The notes below the pieces were generated by a model. It worked only from the letters and a program-made list of their open reading frames with translations. It ran no database searches and was not told the DNA's origin. DNA of 40,111 bases, taken from positions 1-40,111 of the IMG/VR virus record IMGVR_UViG_3300048080_000413; one strand, written 5' to 3'. Of the stretch, positions 17,305-24,019 are shown piece after piece (the first letter of the stretch is position 1; each line of letters begins with the position of its first letter). The position numbers were made by a program, and so were the translations under genes. Origin of the DNA: a virus. Taxonomy: Duplodnaviria > Caudoviricetes.

Positions 17305-17609
17305 ATGTTCAGAGGTCCGCTCAGGAGGGGTCTTAGTCCCGAAGGCCTAGAGGACCCCCCTGAGTCGGACTTGTCCGCGAGGCACACGGGGCCCGAAGGC
17401 ACGCTGCGGTCGCGGCTGCTGAATGAGCCAGGGGGACGACAGTTTCTGCGGATTGCGGTCCGCGGCTACCTCTGTCGAGCCCCCTGGCCTACGGCGCTCT
17501 CCCGGTGCCTCCGACTCCCTGGGAAACCCCTGGGTGTACTTGGCGGTGACAGAGCCCCGACAACTACCTGACCCCGCGGTGTAGCGCGCGATTCCAGGAG
17601 TCGTGTGAA
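17305..17609 (-). ncRNA. Highly structured RNA (at least four long hairpins, two cUUCGg loops) between two tRNA-like elements
   Basis: Stems 17512-17603, 17427-17488, 17375-17415 (UUCG at 17394-17397) and 17313-17372 (UUCG at 17340-17343); tetraloops read correctly only on the minus strand. Confidence 0.6.
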
Positions 17610-17679
17610 TGGGTGCGGGTTCCGGTCTCGCACCGGACCTCGTGACCGTATGGGGGTCGGAGGGCGCTATGCACCCGCG
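17610..17679 (-). tRNA. Degenerate initiator-tRNA-Met-like element (CAU), no D-stem, 70 nt
   Basis: CGCGGGU/ACCCGCA acceptor with C1xA72 mismatch; anticodon arm CGACC-CCCAUAC-GGUCA; T-arm UCCGG-UGCGAGA-CCGGA; ends C-CCA. Confidence 0.55.
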
Positions 17680-17840
17680 TGGTTCTCGTTGTGCTCTGCG
17701 ATCTCGGCGAACATTAGTTCGCAGCGGGGGCAGAGTTCGTCCCGGTCGGTCACCAGGACGTGCTTGTGGACGCCGGGGAGGATGCGGTGCGCCAGGTTGA
17801 AGCGCAGGTTCCAGACCAGAGCCGAGAGCCGCTGCTTCAT
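17667..17840 (-). CDS. Hypothetical protein with CxxC (57 aa)
   Basis: MKQRLSALVW...CPRCE; GGAGGAGG RBS; ATGA overlap. Confidence 0.55.
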   Translation of the reverse strand: MKQRLSALVWNLRFNLAHRILPGVHKHVLVTDRDELCPRCELMFAEIAEHNENHAGA

Positions 17841-17938
17841 TCGTCCTCCTCCCCATCCGCCTCGTCGGCGGGGGTGTCCTCGTCTGTCTCCGCTGCCTCC
17901 GACTCGTCGAAGGGGACCTCGAAGAGGGTCTCTTCCAT
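17837..17938 (-). CDS. Highly acidic peptide (33 aa; not in ORF track)
   Basis: MEETLFEVPFDESEAAETDEDTPADEADGEEDE; stop overlaps next ATG. Confidence 0.45.
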   Translation of the reverse strand: MEETLFEVPFDESEAAETDEDTPADEADGEEDE

Positions 17939-17961
17939 GTCGACCGCCAGTGTACACTATC

Positions 17962-18047
17962 GAGGGGTTCTTCGCCCCGCCCCGGCTACATGAGAATCTG
18001 GTGGTTCAGGTGGGATTCCAGGCCGTCGGCGGGGTGAAGTCTTCCTC
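17962..18047 (+). other. Long imperfect hairpin, possible small RNA
   Basis: GAGG..CTTCGCCCCGCC..CGGCT / GGCCG..GGCGGGGTGAAG..CCTC; G-U pairs favour the + strand; TACACT at 17953-17958 upstream. Confidence 0.35.
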
Positions 18048-18079
18048 TGCCATATTGGACGTTCGCCTGCCCGAGTCCC

Positions 18080-18205
18080 TCGCGTGCGCGTGCGCGCGAG
18101 CGCGGTGTATCTCTATAGACCTAGATCGGACTAGGTCTGTTCCTCGTTCATAAAGGCATACGGTTCACCTTCATAGGCATACGTGCTCTTCAGGATAGGC
18201 CTATG
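18080..18205. promoter_or_regulatory. Candidate replication origin / control element
   Basis: CG/TG alternating tract, inverted repeat AGACCTAG-N6-CTAGGTCT, direct repeat TTCATA(AA)GGCATACG twice, locally lower GC, in the divergent intergenic region. Confidence 0.35.
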
Positions 18206-18526
18206 GCGTTTGTCCCGGTTGTTGAACGGGTTTCCAGGCCAGTTGCGTGAGTATCACTCTCCTTTCATTGCCGGTAGCCCGTTGTGAGGACACTACCCGA
18301 GGGTGGGGGGTCTTACGAACTCGTGAGATCGCGGTATACACTACATGTGATACCCCTGTTGGTGGGTAGCAGAAGGGGTGGTAGACCAGAGGTGGATAGA
18401 CTACGTACCCATGCATACCATCGCAGTATGGGCCTACCCCCGGGCCGAGGCCCGCCGCGCTGCGCGCCCGGCACAGCAGTGACCGACCGGCTGACCCCTC
18501 GACCCAGGTGAGCAGCCGAGCACGAC

Positions 18527-18555
18527 TTGACAACCGAAGTACGGGGCCTCATAGT
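18527..18555 (+). promoter_or_regulatory. Sigma70-type early promoter
   Basis: TTGACA-17 bp-CATAGT; AGTACGGG repeated at 18538 and 18553. Confidence 0.7.
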
Positions 18556-18643
18556 ACGGGAGCCAGGGGACACCTTAGCATCGGAGCAGGCTACCTTGAT
18601 CTCGGCAACCGCCACACCGCAGCGCAAGGAGCGCACCGCAGAC

Positions 18644-18688
18644 ATGTTCGGACCCATCGCCGTCGCCACCGGAGAGCACCACCGATGA
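18644..18688 (+). CDS. 14-aa leader ORF
   Basis: AAGGAG RBS; MFGPIAVATGEHHR; ATGA overlap with next gene. Confidence 0.3.
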   Translation: MFGPIAVATGEHHR

Positions 18689-18987
18689 CTGAACTCAACT
18701 ACGGCTTCCCCGACCGATGCGGAGCCTGCGGCACCGCGCACAACTTCCTGATGGACTGCCCCCCGAAGGAGCAGGTGGTCACGACGACCGTCACCACCCT
18801 GGACGGGGACCGGCGCATCGGCGTCGAGTACCGAGTCGGGGACGAGGTCGAGGTCCTGAACGGGGGCCTGGGTACCTGGCAGCCTGCCACGATCAGCGCG
18901 ATCCGCGGCTACGGCTTCGAGGTCCTGACCGGCAAGCCTGAGCAGACTCGGCTGGCGTTCATCTTCCAAGTCCGCCGCGCACGCTAA
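18685..18987 (+). CDS. Early protein, CxxC-H-C motif plus SH3/Tudor-like domain (100 aa)
   Basis: CGACGTAH...C; YRVGDEVEV...WQPATI pattern; GGAG RBS. Confidence 0.65.
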   Translation: MTELNYGFPDRCGACGTAHNFLMDCPPKEQVVTTTVTTLDGDRRIGVEYRVGDEVEVLNGGLGTWQPATISAIRGYGFEVLTGKPEQTRLAFIFQVRRAR

Positions 18988-18989
18988 CC

Positions 18990-19052
18990 GCCGAAACCGG
19001 GCCGAGCCCGGTCCGTTCAGGCTGGCTACCTGGGCGCTGAAGAGGCAAGCCA
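18990..19052 (+). ncRNA. Hammerhead ribozyme, type II (copy 1)
   Basis: GCC-GAAA-CCGGGC(cga)GCCCGG-UC^-CGUUCAGG(cuggcua)CCUGGGCG-CUGAAGA-GGC; loop UGGCU can pair with downstream AGCCA; predicted cleavage after 19013. Confidence 0.9.
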
Positions 19053-19068
19053 CGAAGGAGCACGCACC

Positions 19069-19287
19069 ATGAGCGTGGACAGAGGACCGGAGCCCGGCGT
19101 GGGCCCTGAGACGACGAGGGCGATCCGCGCCATCGTCAACGAGAGTCGGGTCAAGCGCGGCTTGGCGCCGATCACCTTCACCCTGCGGGAGTCGGTCGAG
19201 ACCCTCGACGAGGTGAGCATCTCGGAGGCCAGCGCGCTGGTTGAACTCCGGGGCAAGTGGGGCTCGCGCCCCGGATCGGAGCACTGA
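19069..19287 (+). CDS. Hypothetical early protein (72 aa)
   Basis: GAAGGAG RBS directly after hammerhead 1. Confidence 0.6.
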   Translation: MSVDRGPEPGVGPETTRAIRAIVNESRVKRGLAPITFTLRESVETLDEVSISEASALVELRGKWGSRPGSEH

Positions 19288-19289
19288 TC

Positions 19290-19791
19290 GTGGAGCGACT
19301 GAACAAGGAGGGGCTGGCCGCGGTCGAGCCCCGAGTCAGCCCCGTGAAGCACTGGCGCAGCGCGGAGCAGGCCTGGGTCGAGGCTGGCTACCTGGCCCAG
19401 AACCCGATCGGCGTGGCGGGCATCAGCGGCTACTTCGCCGGCCGCGGCGCCACCGAGGCGAAGGCCATCGAGAAGTGGCACGCGCTCGCCGAGAAGAGCC
19501 GCGTCAAAATGGAGGCCTGGGAGGTCGACCTCGACCTCTACGGCTCCACCGCCCGGAACAAGGCGCCCTTCGCCTCGAAGGTCGCACCCTCCGGGGACTG
19601 GGTCTCGGCCTTCGGCAAGGCGAACGTGAACGCAGGAGACTCGGCGATCGTCTGGGGTCACGGCCGGTACCGCCATGGGGTGGTCACGAACGTGAGCCCA
19701 GAGCCCGCGGACCCTCGCGATGGAGGCGGTCGACGGGACGCACGACATCCGTGATCGGGAGCGGGACGGCAAGCCCACCTCCGCACGATAG
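19290..19791 (+). CDS. Hypothetical early protein, apparently frameshifted near 19700
   Basis: GTG at 19290 with GGAG RBS; that frame stops at 19754 but GC3-rich codons move at about 19700 to a frame ending TAG at 19791, abutting hammerhead 2. Confidence 0.5.
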
Positions 19792-19856
19792 CCCGAAACC
19801 CGGCCGCGCCGGGTCCAGCCGTTGATGCGGCTGCTGACGAGGGCAGTACCCTGCAT
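19791..19856 (+). ncRNA. Hammerhead ribozyme, type II (copy 2)
   Basis: GCCC-GAAA-CCCGGC(cgc)GCCGGG-UC^-CAGCCG(uugaug)CGGCUG-CUGACGA-GGGC; predicted cleavage after 19815. Confidence 0.9.
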
Positions 19857-19868
19857 GGGAGACCAGCG

Positions 19869-20114
19869 GTGAAGATCGCACTGCAACTACTGGAGGAGGA
19901 GCGCGAACTCCTGCTTCGAGACCACTACGAGGACAGTCGACATACCTCCTGCGACGGGTGCCAGCGGGCATACGACGTGCGGATGGAGATCGAGTCCCTC
20001 GTCCTGCCTCACGTCGGGGACCTGCTGAAGCGGTGCGCGAACTGCTTCGCCCCGATGTACACGGTGGTCCGCGGCCACCACCACACTGAGGACGGGAAGG
20101 ACGTGACCTCATGA
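19869..20114 (+). CDS. Cys-rich hypothetical protein (81 aa)
   Basis: CDGC and CANC motifs; GGGAG RBS. Confidence 0.6.
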   Translation: MKIALQLLEEERELLLRDHYEDSRHTSCDGCQRAYDVRMEIESLVLPHVGDLLKRCANCFAPMYTVVRGHHHTEDGKDVTS

Positions 20115-20515
20115 CCGCCAAGCGGCCCGAGGTCCAGCGGTGCGGAGAGCGCCACGCGCACTACCTGCACTGCCTGGTCTGCAACCCTCCCCCCGCCGAG
20201 AGGCCGGGGATGAAGGTCATCACGGTCAAGGGCATGGACGCCGGGGACGCGCTGGTCGAGGCCGCCCTCCACCTGGAGGGGCGCGGCTACCGGATCACCG
20301 GCGAGCCGGTGAAGACGAGCACCTTCGTCGATAGGTGGGGGCCCAAGGTGTGGCTCTGGAAGGTGCCCGTCGAGCACGAGGGACTGACGCCCCCTCCGGT
20401 CGCAGCCGAGTACCGGAAGTGCCCGGAGTGCGGTCGCATCTTCAACGTCATGAACCCCGTCGAGGCGCAGGAGTGGTACTACGGCCACGACTGCGAGGTG
20501 CAGGAGGAGGACTGA
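20111..20515 (+). CDS. Hypothetical protein with zinc-finger motifs (134 aa)
   Basis: CLVC and CPEC...HDC; ATGA overlap. Confidence 0.65.
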   Translation: MTAKRPEVQRCGERHAHYLHCLVCNPPPAERPGMKVITVKGMDAGDALVEAALHLEGRGYRITGEPVKTSTFVDRWGPKVWLWKVPVEHEGLTPPPVAAEYRKCPECGRIFNVMNPVEAQEWYYGHDCEVQEED

Positions 20516-20751
20516 TGGTCATGCGAGGAATCCGGGAGAGCCAGCGCGCGTGGGTGGGACACGGCCCGATCCACGACGACTCGCCTCCCCGCAGGCTGGA
20601 GCGGGCCGAGCCCGAGTTCCTGGGGGAGCCCTTCGAGGAGGAAGTCCGCTGGTTCCCCGTCGACGACGACTGGGACTACGACGATCCCGATCTGGACATG
20701 CCCGAGGAGGACATGACCGACGTGTTCGATAGCAGCAGAGGAGGAGACTGA
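20515..20751 (+). CDS. Acidic hypothetical protein (78 aa)
   Basis: GGAGGAGG RBS, TGATG overlap, D/E-rich C-terminus. Confidence 0.55.
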   Translation: MVMRGIRESQRAWVGHGPIHDDSPPRRLERAEPEFLGEPFEEEVRWFPVDDDWDYDDPDLDMPEEDMTDVFDSSRGGD

Positions 20752-20906
20752 TGGACATCAAGGTGCGGTACGATCGGATCGGCCTGATGCTGATCGCGGC
20801 GTTCGTGTGGGGGATCATCTCGTCTATGCTCGGCCTGCCTGGCATCCTGGGGGTGCCGGTGGGGATGCTCTGGGCGGCGAACTTCCCGATCCTGGGGGAC
20901 GACTGA
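20751..20906 (+). CDS. Small membrane protein (51 aa; not in ORF track)
   Basis: MDIKVRYDRIGLMLIAAFVWGIISSMLGLPGILGVPVGMLWAANFPILGDD; GAGGAG RBS; TGATG overlaps on both sides. Confidence 0.6.
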   Translation: MDIKVRYDRIGLMLIAAFVWGIISSMLGLPGILGVPVGMLWAANFPILGDD

Positions 20907-21169
20907 TGCGCGGCGCAGTCGAGGCGGCCAAGAGGGGGGAGGCGCCGATCCCCAGGTGGATGCCGATCGTGCCGATGCTGAAGACGGCACGCGAGAGGGC
21001 GACCTCGCTCGGTCACCGGCTCACCACCTTCGAGGTCGACGATCCCCTCTTCCCCCTGGAGTCTCGGATCGCCGAGTGCCGGCGGTGCGAGCGGCTCGCG
21101 GTCATCGAGATGGATGAGGCGCCGTACCTCTTCGGGGCTGCGTTTCGTGTAGCGTGCGACATGCAGTAG
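20906..21169 (+). CDS. Hypothetical protein with H...CxxC...C motif (87 aa)
   Basis: Start MRGAVEA at TGATG overlap. Confidence 0.6.
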   Translation: MRGAVEAAKRGEAPIPRWMPIVPMLKTARERATSLGHRLTTFEVDDPLFPLESRIAECRRCERLAVIEMDEAPYLFGAAFRVACDMQ

Positions 21170-21180
21170 ATCGCCTGATC

Positions 21181-21277
21181 TGCTAGACTGCTAGTCACGG
21201 GTCATTCTCGGGGAGCCCCGCTCCCCTAGGCCCGGGGGTTCTGGGGGTCGGTCTACGGGCCGGCTCTCCGGGACCCC
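21181..21277 (+). promoter_or_regulatory. Extended -10 promoter with structured 5' leader
   Basis: TGcTAGACT (21181-21189); abutting hairpins 21198-21234 and 21235-21277; AGGAGG RBS follows. Confidence 0.45.
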
Positions 21278-21293
21278 ACTCAGCAGGAGGCAG

Positions 21294-21602
21294 ATGGACG
21301 AGAAGGAATCCCGCAGGCTGGAGACCCTGGCTGACGACATCCTGAAGAAGGATGCTCGACGCCGGGGCTTCGTCGCGCCCACGGGCAGGGGCTTCACGAA
21401 GTACGAGCGGGCCATCGGCGTCACCTCCGAGAGCGGGCTCCGTCGCACGTACCAGCACGAGGCGGTCGGCTTCACCGAGGAGGAACTCGACCACCTAGCG
21501 ACCGAGACGGAGACTGACGCGATCAGACGGCGGCGGGAGGCCGCGGACCTCGATCAGGCCCCGGTTGAAACGGCGGCGACCGAGGAGACGAACGTTGAAT
21601 AG
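21294..21602 (+). CDS. Hypothetical protein (102 aa)
   Basis: Strong AGGAGG RBS. Confidence 0.65.
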   Translation: MDEKESRRLETLADDILKKDARRRGFVAPTGRGFTKYERAIGVTSESGLRRTYQHEAVGFTEEELDHLATETETDAIRRRREAADLDQAPVETAATEETNVE

Positions 21603-21647
21603 GGTAGAGGAACCTCTACATTCACGGCTCTGGAAGGAGCACTTCTG

Positions 21648-22964
21648 TTGAACCGAACCTGGTCCGCCCACGATGAGGCGGTACTCTGGGAGACGGCCAC
21701 CGGCCATCCCGAGTCTACGGCGGCGGAGATCGCCGGACTCCTGGCCGAGAGCCTCGGCCGCCCCTACACCGAGGACATGGTCCGCAACAAGTTGAAGCGG
21801 ATGCGAGCAGCCGGCGAGGTGCTGGCCGTGGGGCCCACGGTCGCAAGCCTGACCGCAACGGCGCCGCTCCCGGCCGTGTCGCCGGTCATCACCATGAACC
21901 CGATCGACGGCAGCGGCTCGATCCAGACGCCGGATCAGGACACCGAGGGGGCAGACTTCGAGTCGGTGCTCCGAGACTTCGGCTTCAACCCCGACGCCTA
22001 CGAGATTCTGGAGCCCGTCGGGGTGCGCGCCTGGGAGAACTCGACCGGCAAGCACTGGTCGTACACCGCCCGCATCAAGCGGCGCGCCCGGGCAGAGCAG
22101 GATGTGTCGGTCCATATTGCCGAGGTCCAGCGACACAAGATGGCGAAGGGCCGGCGCATCAAGGCTGGCGACTCCGCCCTGGTCGTGGGCCTGAGCGACT
22201 GGCAGATCGGCAAGCGAGGCACCGCAGCCGTGACCGCGCGGGTGCTCGCCCTGGGTGGGCAGATTCTCCAGCGCACCGAGGAACTCCGGGCTGCCGGCCG
22301 GAAGGTCGACACCCTCTACCTGGTGGGGCTCGGCGACGTCATCGAGGCGTGCGACGGGCACTACGCGATGCAGGCGTTCGAGGTGGAACTGGACGAGCGG
22401 GACCAGGTGAAGTTGGCCCGCCGCCTGATCGTCCAGATCATCAGCGACCTGGCCCCCCACTTCAAGGCGATCGTCGTGCCATGCGTCCCCGGCAACCACG
22501 GTGAGAACCGTCGGGCCGGTAAGGCGTTCACCTCCTTCGGCGACAACCTGGACGTGGCCGTCTTCGAGCAGGCATCGGAGGTCATCGCCGCCACGCCGGG
22601 CATGAGCCACGTGGAGTTCATCATCCCGAACGACGAACTCTCGATCACGCTCGACATCAAGGGGACGATCGTCGCCCTGGCCCACGGTCACCAGGTCCGC
22701 AGCGGCGGAGCCCGGGGCGTGAAGGGCTGGTGGAGCAAGCAGTCCTTCGGGATGCAGCCCTCCATGGGAGCCACGATCCTTCTGACCGGACACTTCCACC
22801 ACCTGGTCGTCGACCAGGACGGACCCCGCACCCACTTCCAGTGCCCGACCCTCGACGACGGGTCGCCATGGTTCGAGGCGACGAACGGCGTCTCCTCAAT
22901 CGCCGGCACGCTCACCTTTCTGGTCGGACCGGAGGGCTGGTCGGACATGGAGGTCCTGAACTGA
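21648..22964 (+). CDS. Calcineurin-like metallophosphoesterase with N-terminal HTH-like segment
   Basis: SDWQ, GD, GNHGE, HGH and GHFHH motifs; WSAHDEAVL...AEIA..L N-terminus. Confidence 0.85.
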   Translation: MNRTWSAHDEAVLWETATGHPESTAAEIAGLLAESLGRPYTEDMVRNKLKRMRAAGEVLAVGPTVASLTATAPLPAVSPVITMNPIDGSGSIQTPDQDTEGADFESVLRDFGFNPDAYEILEPVGVRAWENSTGKHWSYTARIKRRARAEQDVSVHIAEVQRHKMAKGRRIKAGDSALVVGLSDWQIGKRGTAAVTARVLALGGQILQRTEELRAAGRKVDTLYLVGLGDVIEACDGHYAMQAFEVELDERDQVKLARRLIVQIISDLAPHFKAIVVPCVPGNHGENRRAGKAFTSFGDNLDVAVFEQASEVIAATPGMSHVEFIIPNDELSITLDIKGTIVALAHGHQVRSGGARGVKGWWSKQSFGMQPSMGATILLTGHFHHLVVDQDGPRTHFQCPTLDDGSPWFEATNGVSSIAGTLTFLVGPEGWSDMEVLN

Positions 22965-23053
22965 TGGACGCAGCCCTGGCCCTGGCCTACCTGATGCTGG
23001 CCGTCGTCTGCATCCTGGCCGTGATCGGATTGAACGAGGAGAAGATGCGATGA
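22964..23053 (+). CDS. Tiny membrane peptide (29 aa)
   Basis: MDAALALAYLMLAVVCILAVIGLNEEKMR; overlaps both neighbours. Confidence 0.5.
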   Translation: MDAALALAYLMLAVVCILAVIGLNEEKMR

Positions 23054-23559
23054 CGTACGAGACGAAGGACTCCGGCTCACGGGCCGAGTACGCGAGCGGC
23101 ATGGTCCGCGACACGGAGGCGGGCAAGGCGCGCTTCGACCTCCTCTTCCCGATCGGCGTGCCGTACGCCGCCCAGATGATGACCCGCTTCGCCGACCTGA
23201 TGGCGCGCGGCGCCGAGAAGTACGAGGCGCGGAACTGGGAGAAGGCGAAGGGCAAGGAGGAACTCGATCGGTATCGGTCCTCTGCGCTGCGCCACCTCGT
23301 CCAGTGGGCAGCCGGCGAGACTGACGAGGACCACGCTGCCGCGGTCATGTTCAACCTGATGGCCGGCGAGACGGTGAAGTGGAAGATGGCGAACCCAAGG
23401 CCCATCGACATCGTCAACCTGGCCGGACAGGGTAGGTTCTGCGACGACTGCTTCGCCGCGAAGACCTGCCGCTTCCACCCCGGTGGGTGCAAGGCTGCTG
23501 GCTACACCTGGCGGTGGCGTCGGTTCGTCTGGGCCCCCACCGAACCGGAGATGTGCTGA
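23050..23559 (+). CDS. dATP/dGTP diphosphohydrolase domain protein (DUF5664-like)
   Basis: KDSG.R..YASGMVRD...GKARFDLL...GAEKYEARNWEK...SALRH...EDHAAAV. Confidence 0.85.
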   Translation: MTYETKDSGSRAEYASGMVRDTEAGKARFDLLFPIGVPYAAQMMTRFADLMARGAEKYEARNWEKAKGKEELDRYRSSALRHLVQWAAGETDEDHAAAVMFNLMAGETVKWKMANPRPIDIVNLAGQGRFCDDCFAAKTCRFHPGGCKAAGYTWRWRRFVWAPTEPEMC

Positions 23560-23699
23560 TGCGCCGCTTCGTGCCATCCTTCTTCGCCACCTACCTGATC
23601 CTGGGCGGGCTGCTGCTCTGGTCTGGGGCTCCGGTCTTCACGATCGGCGTCCTGGGTGCAGGCATGACGGTGGCCGCCCTGGCCCCGGAGTACAGGTGA
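23559..23699 (+). CDS. Small membrane protein (46 aa)
   Basis: Two hydrophobic segments; TGATG overlap. Confidence 0.55.
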   Translation: MRRFVPSFFATYLILGGLLLWSGAPVFTIGVLGAGMTVAALAPEYR

Positions 23700-24019
23700 G
23701 CCGGCCGCTCCGTCTCGACATCCTGGGCATCCCGTTCGAGGTGATCTGGAACGACAACGCGGATCACGACGAGAGCGGGGACGAGGCCTCGATCGAGATC
23801 GGCACGCAGCGGGTGCTCATGTTCTCGCAGACCTTCGGCCCCGACCACGAGCGGCGCGTCATGCTGCACGAGATTCTGCATGGGATCATCAGCCTGACCG
23901 CCCAGGAGGATCGGTTCACGGCAAAGGGGGAGGAGCAGATCGTCGACTCGATGTCGACCGTCCTGCTCCAGGTCCTGCGGAGCAACCCGCACCTCGTCTC
24001 CTACCTGGTGGATCGGTGA
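23696..24019 (+). CDS. Small HExxH zincin-like protein (107 aa)
   Basis: GTGA overlap; HEILH plus downstream EEQIV...NP. Confidence 0.7.
   Translation: MSRPLRLDILGIPFEVIWNDNADHDESGDEASIEIGTQRVLMFSQTFGPDHERRVMLHEILHGIISLTAQEDRFTAKGEEQIVDSMSTVLLQVLRSNPHLVSYLVDR

Noticed and set aside
17305-17609. Tag reading frame of a full or permuted tmRNA; RNase P RNA; SRP RNA; group II intron
   Set aside because: No tag ending in ..AA-stop was found. AAGUCCG is tied up in a local hairpin with no P4 partner, GGUCAGGU lacks the SRP GGAA/AGCAG motif, and no intron domain V was seen. An Rfam scan is still needed.
17347-17856. 169-aa minus-strand ORF and other ORFs across the RNA cassette
   Set aside because: Pro/Arg-rich, atypical codon usage, out-of-frame overlap with a better ORF; RNA structure explains the region better.
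19250-19292. Possible -1 frameshift fusing the 72-aa ORF to the next ORF
   Set aside because: A GTG at 19290 with a GGAG RBS explains the second ORF without a frameshift; left unresolved.
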